From contig NIVC01001209.1 of NCBI GenBank assembly GCA_002269645.1, positions 62,001 through 126,000 on the forward strand: a stretch of 64,000 nucleotides of DNA, read 5' to 3'. The position numbers and the translations under genes were made by a program. The notes under the pieces were generated by a model. That model was not told where the DNA came from and ran no database searches. It saw only the letters and a list, made by a program, of their open reading frames with translations. The stretch is from Macrostomum lignano (lineage: Eukaryota). Positions 10,680 through 24,100 of this stretch are shown here, piece by piece; within the stretch, counting starts at the first letter, position 1; each line of letters starts with the position of its first letter.

Positions 10680-13600
10680 CGAGAATGCTCAAAGGCATAA
10701 TCAGCTTCATTAAAGGAAGCTGTGACGCAATTCGACCAACGATCCAATACCAGTCCAACAGATAAATGACTCAAATCAAAATAAGAAGTAGAATGAAACA
10801 GTATGTTCATGTACACCACTATGTATTCGGAGGCGGCAAAATAGGTGTACACTGAAATTTTTGCAGATAAATAAATGCCTTTGTTGACACTAAAAATTTA
10901 TCTAAAACAATTTTAGTTTTAAAAACTGATAATAAATCCGCTTACTAAGCCGTTCGCACAGAGCCTGATGTCGCATATAAAAGTACACAGCCAGAGCCGT
11001 GCTCAGACAGTAAACGCCAAAGCTGATCAACTTGATGTAAAACGACTGCGGACATGAATTCGTGACAACTTTGTTATATTTAGGCTTAGTCTGTTGACAG
11101 CAACTGTGAAATCCAAATTGCTTTTCTCTTATCTACCCTCTGCCTGTCTCTCCCCTACCCTCTGCCTGTCTCTCCCCTACCCTCTGCCTGTCTCTCCCCT
11201 ACCCTCTGCCTGTCTCTCCCCTACCCTCTGCCTGTCTCTCCCCTACCCTCTGCCTGTCTCTCCCCTACCCTCTGCCTGTCTCTCCCCTACCCTCTGCCTG
11301 TCTCTCCCCTACCCTCTGCCTGTCTCTCCCCTACCCTCTGCCTGTCTCTCCCCTACCCTCTGCCTGTCTCTCCCCTACCCTCTGCCTGTCTCTCCCCTAC
11401 CCTCTGCCTGTCTCTCCCCTACCCTCTGCCTGTCTCTCCCCTACCCTCTGCCTGTCTCTCCCCTACCCTCTGCCTGTCTCTCCCCTACCCTCTGCCTGTC
11501 TCTTCCTTATTATCTGCCTGTCTCTCCCTTATTATCTGCCTGTCTCTCCCCTACCCTCTGCCTGTCTCTCCCCTACCCTCTGCCTGTCTCTCCCCTACCC
11601 TCTGCCTGTCTCTCCCTTATTATCTGCCTGTCTCTCCCCTACCCTCTGCCTGTCTCTCCCTTATTATCTGCCTGTCTCTCCCCTACCCTCTGCCTGTCTC
11701 TCCCTTATTATCTGCCTGTCTCTCCCCTACCCTCTGCCTGTCTCTCCCCTACCCTCTGCCTGTCTCTCCCCTACCTCTGCCTGTCTCTACCCTACCTCTC
11801 TGCCTGTCTCCCTACTCTCTGCCTCTCCCCTACACCTGCCTGTCTCTCCCTTATTATCTGCCTATCTCTTCCCTACTCTCTGCCTCTCCCCTACCCCTGC
11901 CTGTCTCTCCCTTATTATCTGCCTATCTCTTCCCTACTCTCTGCCTCTCCCCTACCCCTGCCTGTCTCTCCTTTATTATCTGCCTATCTCTTCCCTACTC
12001 TCTGCCTCTCCCCTACCCCTGCCTGTCTCTCCCTTATTATCTGCCTATCTCTTCCCTACTCTCTGCCTCTCCCCTACCCCTGCCTGTCTCTCCCTTATTA
12101 TCTGCCTATCTCTTCCCTACTCTCTGCCTCTCCCCTACCCCTGCCTGTCTCTCCCTTATTATCTGCCTATCTCTTCCCTACCCTCCGCCTGTCTCTCCCC
12201 CGCTGCCTAGGCTACAAAAGTACAATTAGCAAGCGGCCGAAGCACGCAGACGCACTCGAGTGGAAATCAGCTGTCGATCTGTCAGCTTCTGTCGACTCCG
12301 CAGTCGGCAGCAGACTCTCAAGTGCAGCAGCATGTACACAGATGAAGATATCAGGAATATGGCGAAACAGTTGCGATGGATGGCTGAAATGAGCATATGG
12401 CAGGAGAATAGTTAATCCGAGGTACTGCCGAAAAGACTGAAGCTTAAGGATCTCAATTGGGGCAGCACTATGGCTAGTGAGCACCAAAGGACACACACGG
12501 GCAACAAAGGACACAAACCGTTGCTTCTAACGGAGACATGGGTTATCTCCAAAGGACACACAGAGGACATCAATAGACACATTCGAAAGCCATCAATAGA
12601 CGCATTCAGAAGCCATTAATAGACGCATCTGCAGAGGCCATCAAAAGACACTTGCAGAGGCCATCAAAAGACACATGCAGAGGCCATCAAAAGACACATG
12701 CAGAGGCCATCAAAAGACACATGCAGAGGCCATCACAAGACACCTGCAGAGGCCATCAAAAGACACAAGCAGAGGCCATCAAAAGACACCTGTAGAGGCC
12801 ATCAAAAGACACAAGCAGAGGCCATCAAAATACACAAGCAGAGGCCATCAAAAGACACCTGTAGAGGCCATCAAAAGACACATGCAGAGGCCATCAAAAG
12901 ACACCTGCAGAGGCCATCAAAAGACACCTGTAGAGGCCATCAAAAGACACAAGCAGAGGCCATCAAAAGACACATGCAGAGGCCATCAAAAGACACCTGT
13001 AGAGGACACAAGGACACCAAGTTATGAAACTCACGAAAATTATCAGACGAAGACACAACAGACAGGCCGAACAGAGCGGCCAATTCCAAGCAGTTGACAG
13101 CAAAATGACCGCCAGTCAAGCAGCAGTCCTGGACGCGGCGGAGGCGGCCGCAAATTTCCTGATAATAGGCCATGGCCAGGATGAGTCGAAGGGCGCAGCT
13201 AACGGTGAGGAACAGGGACCAGATCTGCTTCTCGGGGCTGGTCTCACCGACTGCAGCGCTGATTGATGGCAGGTAATTGGCGGTCTGTAATTGGCAATAA
13301 TCAGTCAGCTGCGATAGTAGATAAATATGCAATCAACGATAGCTTATTAAGTTATTACATATGAAAACTGCGACATGTCAAATAGCAAAAACGGCATTTC
13401 TAAGATTATTTAAATATCGATATTAATCATCTACAGATAGATTATTCTTTACTGACTGATAATCAGCTACTTATCGATAATCAGCTACCTACCGATAATA
13501 ATCTACGTATCGATAATTGGCTTTATATCGATGATCAGCAACATGTCGATAATTATATACACATAAGTAATTAGCTACATATTGATTAATTATCGATTCC

Positions 13601-13924
13601 TTTTCGAAAAAATTTACATATTGATTATCAGCTACATATAGATTATCAGCTACATATCGATTATCAGCTACATTAATATTAAGTATAAAAATAAATTTGG
13701 CACAGTAAACCTACAATAATCGGCTAAAGTTTTAACAAAGTTGAAAAGCATACAACTACGGCTCTCCTAACCAACTGACAGTCAATAGAAATAAGTCTCA
13801 CCTGACAGTGCGTGGCCAAACTGTGATCCGAGTGATAAGCCACCGAGTAGGTGACACAGATTGCCAAAGCCGATGCGGGCAGAACAACTGATAGAGCTGA
13901 TACTTGGCTAACACTGTAAGACAT
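10680..13924 (-). CDS. PGAP2: Post-GPI attachment to proteins factor 2 (Frag1/DRAM/Sfk1 family); terminal exon unresolved
   Basis: Exons (minus) 13924-13802, 13284-13035, 12383-12256, 11045-10946, 10851-10680, canonical GT..AG with phases 0,1,0,1 joining in frame to about 257 codons. Motifs: ATHCQ|TANYLPSISAAVG, NCLELAALFGLSVVSSSDNF|PIHRNCFAIFLISS, AVYFYMRHQALCE, YTYFAASEYIVVYMNILFH, which match PGAP2 as recalled (ATHCGVPNYLPSVS, VSSSEDFTIHENAF, YFRHNMYCE, EYTVVLTNMAFH). Exon 5 ends in phase 2 at GTAAGT. The simplest last exon is 10573-10555 (RKLIII*). Confidence 0.88.
11130..12200. repeat. CT-rich minisatellite, 22-bp unit CCTGTCTCTCCCCTACCCTCTG, PGAP2 intron 3
   Basis: Perfect left half, degenerate right half; lies inside intron 12255-11046. 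Confidence 0.95.
12630..13015. repeat. Minisatellite, 23-bp unit GCAGAGGCCATCAAAAGACACAT, PGAP2 intron 2
   Basis: About 16 copies inside intron 13034-12384. Confidence 0.95.
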
Positions 13925-14139
13925 TCTCAATTATTTTTCCAATGCTTTTCAATGCCTAACAGTAATATAATAGAATTTGCGTCTCCGAGTAGCGAACGCA
14001 ACTGAGGCATGAAAGCATGCAAATTAATTAAAAAATGGATGGTTACTTGCTAGGCTCATTCAGAACCTGTTTTGGAATTATCATTAGATAAGACCTTTAA
14101 TAAAAGTGCACATTCAGAGTAGGCCAAGTGTGCATTGAG

Positions 14140-14760
14140 ACAGAGATGGGGTGGTGGGTGGGCTAAGACTAACCTTGAGTGGATTCGAATGGCCAAGTGT
14201 ACATAGAGACGGAGACGGGGTGGTGGTGGCTGAGGCAGGTTTCAATAGACCAGTTTAGAATGGCCAAGTGTATATTGAGACGGGAATGGGGTGGTGGGTG
14301 GGCTAAGACTAACCTTGAGTGGATTCGAATGGCCAAGTGTACATAGAGACGGAGATGGGGTGGTGGGTGGCTGAGGCAGGGGTTCAATGGATCGGTTTAG
14401 AATGGCCAAGTGTATATTGAGACGGGAATGGGGTGGTGGGTGGGCTAAGACTAACCTTAAGTGGATTCGAATGGCCAAGTGTACATAGAGACGGAGATGG
14501 GGTGGTGGGTGGCTGAGGCAGGGGTTCAATGGATCGGTTTAGAATAGCCAAGTGTAGATTCAGACGGAGATGGGGTGGTGGGTGGGCTGAGGATGAGGTG
14601 AAGTGGGTTTAGATCATAGCCAAGTGTACATTGAGATGAGAATGGTGTGGTGGGTGGTTGAGGCAGGGGTTCAATGGACCGGTTTAGAATAACCAAGTGT
14701 ACATTGAGACGGTAATGGGGTAATTGGTGGCTGAGGCGGGGTGATTGGACCGGTTTAGAA
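14140..14760. repeat. Dimeric satellite, about 141-bp period made of two related ~70-bp subunits, upstream of PGAP2
   Basis: GGCTAAGACTAACC recurs at about 14161, 14301 and 14443; both subunits share AATGGCCAAGTGTA and GGGGTGGTGGGTGG. Confidence 0.88.
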
Positions 14761-16499
14761 TGGCTACTGTGCGGCGGGCATCACTAAATTTATTGAAATG
14801 AAAATGCTAGTCGTTGTTTCTGATAAACTAGCAAATATTAGCGACAAATGTTAATTAAACAAAAACTCAGCAATGCAATAAGACGAAACGCTCAAAGGCC
14901 ATGAAAAAGCGACGAATTGGCAGCGATGAGCAACTGAAAATTGTTTATATTATTATTATAAATATATGAATATTATTTGGTAAAACTTTATTCGTACAAT
15001 CAATGAATGTTTCAATAAATGATGGAGACAAAACAGTAAAATAATTTATACTACTTATATTTAAAAGAATCATACACGCACACACTGTGCTGCAAGTCTG
15101 ACTGCAATTTTAAAAAATTACTAGTGTCTACAGGTACAGGTAAAACAGACAAACGAATGGACAAAACGTACTTTAATAAAAATTATAAGCATGAGCACGC
15201 GCATGATCAAGAAGCTCAAGGTAAGTTTCAAATACTAGAAACTGTTTTTCCATCAAATCTGAGAAGGAGTGTTTATTAAAATTGAGAAAATTCCATCTTA
15301 AAACCACAGTTCAAAGATAGACGTATAGAGATGAAACCTGAACAAACACAAGCGACTACTGACTAGATAGAGTGCGGATGAGATTCCATAATGAACACTA
15401 CCGTAAATACAGGTAAAAATGGATAAGAGAAGAAAGTACTTTTGCCAGATCGCAGACCTGTTAAAACCCAAATCAATCAATCACCAACAACCATTTGAAT
15501 TTCGGTTTATAATAGACAAAATATAAATAGCTATTGCGCTAAACTGTGTACTTTAAGTAGGCAGGATGGAATACAGAAGCGGAAAAAACACTCACCATAG
15601 ATAAAAGGAAAAGAGGTAAAGCTTTTCAATTTATTACTAGTAAGTAGCATGTGTACAGAGATTACTGAAACACCCGAGTGTGAAAACTAAGCAGGTAAAT
15701 CAACTGCTTATTGAGAATAGCTAAGAAAGAGTAGGTCATTAGAGCTGATTAGTGAAATTAATAAATAAATGGCGCCTTGGCTTCTCAGTAATACAATTAG
15801 CCAATCAATCATTTTAGTACGTTTAATTAGTTAAAGCACCGATGCTTAGAAAGCTTCAGAGAAGGCGAGTCACACTACTTAGCTACCGAGCAGGAAAGTA
15901 GCATATTCCAATTTTAAAAAACGATTATTAAAGTACAGTATACCGCAAGCTAAAAAACACACTAATTTGAAGAGTTTATTTCGCAATGCGCATGAAACAT
16001 GAAGCATATTTAAAAAATATCAAAAGTGCATTTAGAAGCAGCAGAAACATGTGTACGACAGTAAGTGTGCTCGTACGAGGTCAGAGCGAAATGATTCGTG
16101 CCAGGTTTAACAATAACAGATGCTGTGCATTGGGCTACGGCTGCATATTAGTATTTTAGTTTACACATTCGTAATGAAAATAAAATTCATTTGCAAAGCG
16201 AAATATGCCCGCGTGTGTTCTGAGTTTAGCACTGAAAAACAAAAGCAAGCAGGCCTACATTGGTAAAAAAAGCAATCGTTTATATAACAAAAAAATATTG
16301 GGAAAGCAACAACAAAACGTGGAAAACCAAGTTACAAGTATATAAGTAAAGGTCAATTTTCACATCAAAGCTTAATAGTTTCTTTTATATTGATCTACGA
16401 GTATATTTTTTACCACAGCAAATATTTCTTATTTTTATTTCTATTTTTATAGATAACTACCTGTGTTTTAGCTATTAGCTTTAAATATGAAAGTCCTAG

Positions 16500-18075
16500 T
16501 CACTTATCAATAGCTCTATCTGTGAGTAGGTCATAATTATCACTATTTTATAGCTCTACCTGTGAGCAGGCCATAGTTATTACCTATTTTATAGCTCCAC
16601 CTGTGGACAGGCCACAATTATCACCAATTTTATAGCTCCACCTGTGGACAGGCCACAATTATCACCAATTTTATAGCTTCACCTGTGAGCAGGCCATAAT
16701 TATTACCTATTTTATAGCTCCACCTGTGAGCAGGCCATAATTATCACCAATTTTATAGCTTCACCTGTGAGCAGGCCATAATTATTACCTATTTTATAGC
16801 TCCACCTGTGAGCGGGCCATAATTATCACCAATTTTATAGCTTCACCTGTGAGCAGGCCATAATTATTACCTATTTTATAGCTCCACCTGTGAGCAGGCC
16901 ATAATTATCACCAATTTTATAGCTTCACCTGTGAGCAGGCCATAATTATTACCTATTTTATAGCCCACCTGTGAGCAGGCCATAATTATCACCAATTTTA
17001 TAGCTCCACCTGTGAGCGGGCCATAATTATTACCTATTTTATAGCTCCACCTGTGAGCAGGCCATAATTATTACCTATTTTATAGCTCCACCTGTGAGCA
17101 GGCCATAATTATCACCAATTTTATAGCGCCACCTGTGAGCAGGCCACAATTATCACCTATTTTATAGCTTCACCTGTGAGCAGGCCACAATTATCACCAA
17201 TTTTATAGCTTCACCTGTGAGCAGGCCATAATTATTACCTATTTTATAGCTCCACCTGTGAGCGGGCCATAATTATCACCAATTTTATAGCTCCACCTGT
17301 GAGCGGGCCATAATTATTACCTATTTTATAGCTCCACCTGTGAGCGGGCCATAATTATTACCTATTTTATAGCTCCACCTGTGAGCGGGCCATAATTATT
17401 ACCTATTTTATAGCTCCACCTGTGAGCAGGCCATAATTATCACCAATTTTATAGCGCCACCTGTGAGCAGGCCATAATTATTACCTATTTTATAGCTCCA
17501 CCTGTGAGCAGGCCATAATTATTACCTATTTTATAGCTCCACCTGTGAGCGGGCCATAATTATTACCTATTTTATAGCTCCACCTGTGAGCAGGCCATAA
17601 TTATCACCAATTTTATAGCGCCACCTGTGAGCAGGCCATAATTATTACCTATTTTATAGCTCCACCTGTGAGCAGGCCATAATTATTACCTATTTTATAG
17701 CTCCACCTGTGAGCAGGCCATAATTATCACCAATTTTATAGCGCCACCTGTGAGCAGGCCATAATTATTACCTATTTTATAGCTCCACCTGTGAGCAGGC
17801 CATAATTATTACCTATTTTATAGCTCCACCTGTGAGCAGGCCATAATTATCACCAATTTTATAGCGCCACCTGTGAGCAGGCCATAATTATCACCTATTT
17901 TATAGCTCCACCTGTGGACAGGCCACAATTATCACCTATTTTATAGCTTCACCTGTGGACAGGCCACAATTATCACCTATTTTATAGCTTCACCTGTGAG
18001 CAGACCATAATTATCACCAATTTTATAGCTCCACCTGTGAGCAGGCCATAATTATCACCAATTTTATAGCTCCAC
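16500..18075. repeat. Minisatellite, 41-bp unit GCTCCACCTGTGAGCAGGCCATAATTATTACCTATTTTATA, downstream of the MCT stop codon
   Basis: About 38 copies with two alternating variants (TATTACCTATT / TATCACCAATT). Confidence 0.95.
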
Positions 18076-18137
18076 CTGCGGGTAACAAACAAAGAAACAA
18101 TAAAAAATATAAATCCGATGAGCCCCTCGACCGCAGC

Positions 18138-21100
18138 TCAGATTCGGCTCTCGAACTCGGCCTCCCCAGTTTCCTGCTCGTCAGAAGCAGCAGCAGCAGC
18201 CGCTGTCGAAGACGCGCCGGCAGCGGCAGCGGCAGCGGCAGGGAACTGATCCTGATAAGTTGGCAGCTCGACAACCGACTGAGCGGCAGTGGCCGGCGCC
18301 ATCTGCGGAGTCTGCGGCGCCGAAAATTCGAAAGTATCCCCGCCGATGGCCAGCATAGGCAGCTGGCGACTGCCGATGGCGGAAGCTACGCCGGAACCGC
18401 CGCCGCTGCCAGACGTAGCCGTCCGTTGTCGGTTCCGACCGCGGCTCCTGCGCAGCTCTTCGCGCCGCTCCTCCCACTGGCTGAGGCGGCGAAGCGGCAC
18501 GCCGAGCAGGCCGGACAGAATCAGAAAGCAGCCGGCCAGGTAGAAGCTCAGCGAATAGTTCGGCGTCGGATCCAGCTGGTCGATCGCCGAGCCGAGCGGC
18601 GGTCCGACAACGATGCCGACGCCTTGGAACAGCAGCAGCAGGCCGTAGGCATTGGTCAGGCGGTCCAGGCCCATTAGCTCCACCACCAGGATGGTGCGCA
18701 GCGACACCCAGGCAGCTGTAAGAAAATTTGAAGAGTTGCAAAAATAATTATGCGATGATAATTTGAGGCATTTTTAATACCCGATTTCGTTTCCATGCGC
18801 AGCCGAATTCACCTGGGGCTTAGTGCACGTAATTGGGGGCTGATAAAGTATGTCAGACTGTCTAATGTCAATCTATCAAAGTATGTCAGACTGTCTAATG
18901 TTAATATATCAAAGTATGTCAGACTGTCTAATGTTAATCTATCAAAGTATGTCAGACTGTCTAATGTTAATCTATCAAAGTATGTCAGACTGTCTAATTT
19001 TCATCTATCAAAGTATGTCAGACTGTCTAATTTTCATCTATCAAAGTATGTCAGACTGTCTAATTTTAATCTATCAAAGTATGTCAGACTGTCTAATGTT
19101 AATCTATCAAAGTATGTCAGACTGTCTAATGTTAATCTATCAAAGTATGTCAGACTGTCTAAGGTTAATCTATCAAAGTATGTCAGACTGTCTAATGTTA
19201 ACCTATCAAAGTATGCCAGACTGTCTAATGTTAATCTATCAAAGTATGTCAGACTGTCTAATGTTAATCTATCAAAGTATGTCAGACTGTCTAATGTTAA
19301 TCTATCAAAGTATGTCAGACTGTCTAATGTTAACCTATCAAAGTATGCCAGACTGTCTAATGTTAATCTATCAAAGTATGTCAGACTGTCTGATGTACAT
19401 CTATCAAAGTATGTCAGACTGTCTAATGTTAATCTATCAAAGTATGTCAGACTGTCTAATGTTAATCTATCAAAGTATGTCAGACTGTCTGATGTACATC
19501 TATCAAAGTATGTCAGACTGTCTAATGTTAATCTATCAAAGTATGTCAGACTGTCTAATGTTAATCTATCAAAGTATGTCAGACTGTCTGATGTACATCT
19601 ATCAAAGTATGTCAGACTGTCTAATGTTAATCTATCAAAGTATGTCAGACTGTCTGATGTACATCTATCCTAGTATGTCAGACTGTCTGATGTACATCTA
19701 TCAAAGTATGTCAGACTGTCTAATGTTAATCTATCAAAGTATGCCAGACTGTCTAATGTTAATCTATCAAAGTATGTCAGACTGTCTGATGTACATCTAT
19801 CAAAGTATGTCAGACTGTCAGATTTACATCTATCAAAGTATGTCAGACTGTCTAATGTTAATCTATCAAAGTATGTCAGACTGTCTAATGTTATCTATCA
19901 AAGTATGTCAGACTGTCTAATGTTAATCTATCAAAGTATGTCAGACTGTCTAATGTTAATCTATCAAAGTATGTCAGACTGTCTAAGGTTAATCTATCAA
20001 AGTATGTCAGACTGTCTAATGTTAATCTATCAAAGTATGTCAGACTGTCTAATGTTAATCTATCAAAGTATGTCAGACTGTCTGATGTACATCTATCAAA
20101 GTATGTCAGACTGTCTAATGTTAATCTATCAAAGTATGTCAGACTGTCTGATGTACATCTATCCTAGTATGTCAGACTGTCTGATGTACATCTATCAAAG
20201 TATGTCAGACTGTCTAATGTTAATCTATCAAAGTATGCCAGACTGTCTAATGTTAATCTATCAAAGTATGTCAGACTGTCTGATGTACATCTATCAAAGT
20301 ATGTCAGACTGTCAGATTTACATCTATCAAAGTATGTCAGACTGTCTAATGTTAATCTATCAAAGTATGTCAGACTGTCTAATGTTATCTATCAAAGTAT
20401 GTCAGACTGTCTAATGTTAATCTATCAAAGTATGTCAGACTGTCTAATTTTCATCTATCAAAGTATGTCAGACTGTCTGATGTACATCTATCAAAGTATG
20501 TCAGACTGTCTAATGTTAATCTATCAAAGTATGTCAGACTGTCTGATGTACATCTATCAAAGTATGTCAGACTGTCAGATTTACATCTATCAAAGTATGT
20601 CAGACTGTCTAATGTTAATCTATCAAAGTATGTCAGACTGTCTAATGTTATCTATCAAAGTATGTCAGACTGTCTAATGTTAATCTATCAAAGTATGTCA
20701 GACTGTCTAATGTTAATCTATCAAAGTATGTCAGACTGTCTAATGTTAATCTATCAAAGTATGTCAGACTGTCTAATGTTATCTATCAAAGTATGTCAGA
20801 CTGTCTAATTTTCATCTATCAAAGTATGCCAGGCTTTCTAATATTCACCGATCAAAGTATGCCAGGCTGTCTAATATCCACCGATCAAAGTATGCCAGGC
20901 TGTCTGATATCCACCGATCAAAGTATGTTAGATTTCTCTATTTATCAAGGTAAGCTATCATGTTGTCTAGTATTTAATATATTCCAAGACATACCCGCAA
21001 AATAGTATGCTACTAGTATGTCATTCAATCAAGCCGCACTGAGCAGAGCATGCACAGATACGCACCGATAAATAGTCCGTAGCAACAGGCGCAACCAATC

Positions 21101-24100
21101 ATTGGCTCCAATGTGTGACAGAACGGAATGAAAGCCGTGGCCAGACCGGCGCCAATCAGTGCCAGGTTGTTTATCCACAGCGCGTCCGCCCAAGAGCGAT
21201 CCGAGGCCCAGCCTGGAAAAAATAGGGCGATGCTGGGATCTGGGACTTCAGGGACTGACTGCTTCTTGCTAGGATCTGGGACTTCAGGGACTGGCTGCTT
21301 CTTGCTGGGATCTGGGACTTCAGGGACTGGCTACTTCTCGCTGGGATCTGGGACTTCAAGGACTGGCTGCTTCTTGCTAGGATCTGGGACTTCAGGGACT
21401 GGCTGCTTCTTGCTGGGATCTGGGACTTCAGGGACTGGCTACTTCTCGCTGGGATCTGGGACTTCAGGGACTGGCTGCTTCTTGCTGGGATCTGGGACTT
21501 CAGGGACTGGCTGCTTCTTGCTGGGATCTGGGACTTCAGGGACTGGCTGCTTCTTGCTGGGATCTGGGACTTCAGGGACTGGCTACTTCTCGCTGGGATC
21601 TGGGACTTCAGGGACTGACTGCTTCTTGCTAGGATCTGGGACTTCAGGGACTGGCTGCTTCTTGCTGGGATCTGGGACTTCAGGGACTGGCTACTTCTCG
21701 CTGGGATCTGGGACTTCAAGGACTGGCTGCTTCTTGCTAGGATCTGGGACTTCAGGGACTGGCTGCTTCTTGCTGGGATCTGGGACTTCAGGGACTGGCT
21801 ACTTCTCGCTGGGATCTGGGACTTCAGGGACTGGCTGCTTCTTGCTGGGATCTGGGACTTCAGGGACTGGCTACTTCTCGCTGGGATCTGGGACTTCAAG
21901 GACACTTCAAGGACTGGCTGCTTCTTGCTAGGATCTGGGACTTCAGGGACTGACTGCTTCTTGCTAGGATCTGGGACTTCAGGGACAGGCTGCTTCTCGC
22001 TGGGATCTGGGACTTCAGGGACTGGCTGCTTCTCACTGGGATCTGGGACTTCAAGGACTGGCTGCTTATTGCTGGGATCTGGGACTTCAGGGACAGGCTG
22101 CTTCTCGCTGGGATCTGGGACTTCAAGGACTGGCTGCTTCTTGCTGGGATCTGGGACTTCAGGGACAGGCTGCTTCTCGCTGGGATCTGGGACTTCAGGG
22201 ACTGGCTACTTCTCGCTGGGATCTGGGACTTCAAGGACTGGCTGCTTCTTGCTGGGATCTGGGACTTCAAGGACAGGCTGCTTCTTGCTGGGATCTGGGA
22301 CTTCAGGGACAGGCTGCTTCTCGCTAGGATCTGGGACTTCAGGGACAGGCTGCTTCTCGCTGGGATCTGGGACTTCAGGGACTGGCTGCTTCTCGCTGGG
22401 ATCTGGGACTTCAAGTACTGGCTGCTTATTGCTGGGATCTGGGACTTCAGGGACTGGCTGCTTCTCGCTGGGATCTGGGACTTCAAGGACTGGCTGCTTC
22501 TTGCTGGGATCTGGGACTTCAGGGACTGACTGCTTCTTGCTAGGATCTGGGACTTCAGGGACTGGCTGCTTCTTGCTAGGATCTGGGACTTCAGGGACAG
22601 GCTGCTTCTCGCTGGGATCTGGGACTTCAGGGACTGGCTGCTTCTCATTGGGATCTGGGACTTCAAGGACTGGCTGCTTATTGCTGGGATCTGGGACTTC
22701 AGGGACAGGCTGCTTCTCGCTGGGATCTGGGACTTTAGGGACTGGCTGCTTCTCGCTGGGATCTGGGACTTCAGGGACTGGCTGCTTCTTGCTGGGATCT
22801 GGGACTTCAAGGACTGGCTGCTTCTTGCTGGGATCTGGGACTTCAGGGACTGGCTGCTTATTGCTGGGATCTGGGACTTCAAGGACTGGCTGCTTCTTGC
22901 TGGGATCTGGGACTTCAGGGACTGGCTGCTTCTGGGACTTGGGATCTGGGACTTCAGGGACTGGCTGCTTCTTGCTGGGATCTGGGACTTCAGGGACTGG
23001 CTGCTTCTGGGACTTGGGATCTGGGACTTCAGGGACTGGCTGCTTCTGGGACTTGGGATCTGGGACTTCAGGGACTGGCTGCTTCTGGGACTTGGGATCT
23101 GGGACTTCAGGGACTGGCTGCTTCTGGGACTTGGGATCTGGGACTTCAAGGACTGGCTGCTTCTTGCTGGGATCTGGGACTTCAGGGACTGGCTACTTCT
23201 GGGACTTGGGATCTTATAATTTAGGTACTTCACAATCTGATCTGAGCCCACCTGCAACGATTCGTCCGACAGTGTTCGCAACGCCAATTAGCGTAACAAG
23301 TAGCGTAGCGTCGTTGTGCGGAATACCGCGTTTCATTGCGTAGCCCTTGATAAACTGGTAGAACTGAAGGAAGCCTGTGTTAAATAAGCGATAGTAGTAT
23401 AGTATGAGTATGTTAGACTAGTCTGGGGAGTTGGAAGTACTTGAAATGGATAAGAAATATTCGCAATAGATTCGGAATAGATTTGGAAATATTCGGAATG
23501 GATTCGCAATAGATTCGGAATAGATTCGCAATAGATTCGGAATAGATTCGGAAATATTCGGAAATATTCGGAATAGATTCGCAATATATTCGCAATAGAT
23601 TCGGAATAGATTCGGAAATATTCGGAAATATTCGGAATGGATTCGCAATAGATTCGGAATAGATTCGCAATAGATTCGCAATAGATTCGGAAATATTCGC
23701 AATAGATTCGCAATATATTCGCAATAGATTCGGAATAGATTCGGAAATATTCGGAATGGATTCGCAATAGATTCGGAATAGATTCGCAATAGATTCGCAA
23801 TAGATTCGGAAATATTCGCAATAGATTCGCAATAGATTCGGAATAGATTCGGAATAGATTCGCAATAGATTCGGAATAGATTCGGAATAGATTCGAAATA
23901 GATTCGCAATAGATTCGCAATAGATTCGAAATAGATTCGCAATAGATTCGGAATAGATTCGGAAGTATTTGGAATAGATTCGCAATAGTTTCGAAATAGA
24001 TTCGAAAATATTCGGAATAGATTCGCAATAGTTTCGGAATAGATTCGAAAATATTCGGAATAGATTCGCAATAGATTCGGAATAGATTCGGAATAGATTC

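Noticed and set aside
8654-10680. In-frame PGAP2-PIS fusion protein
   Set aside because: PGAP2 exon 5 ends in phase 2, while the acceptor at 8880 is phase 1 for the PIS frame. Direct joining reads an alternative frame ending at 8654, and the micro-exon route stops just before the PIS ATG.
11094-12392. 432-aa Leu/Pro/Ser-rich ORF on plus
   Set aside because: A CT-rich 22-bp array plus the antisense of PGAP2 exon 3.
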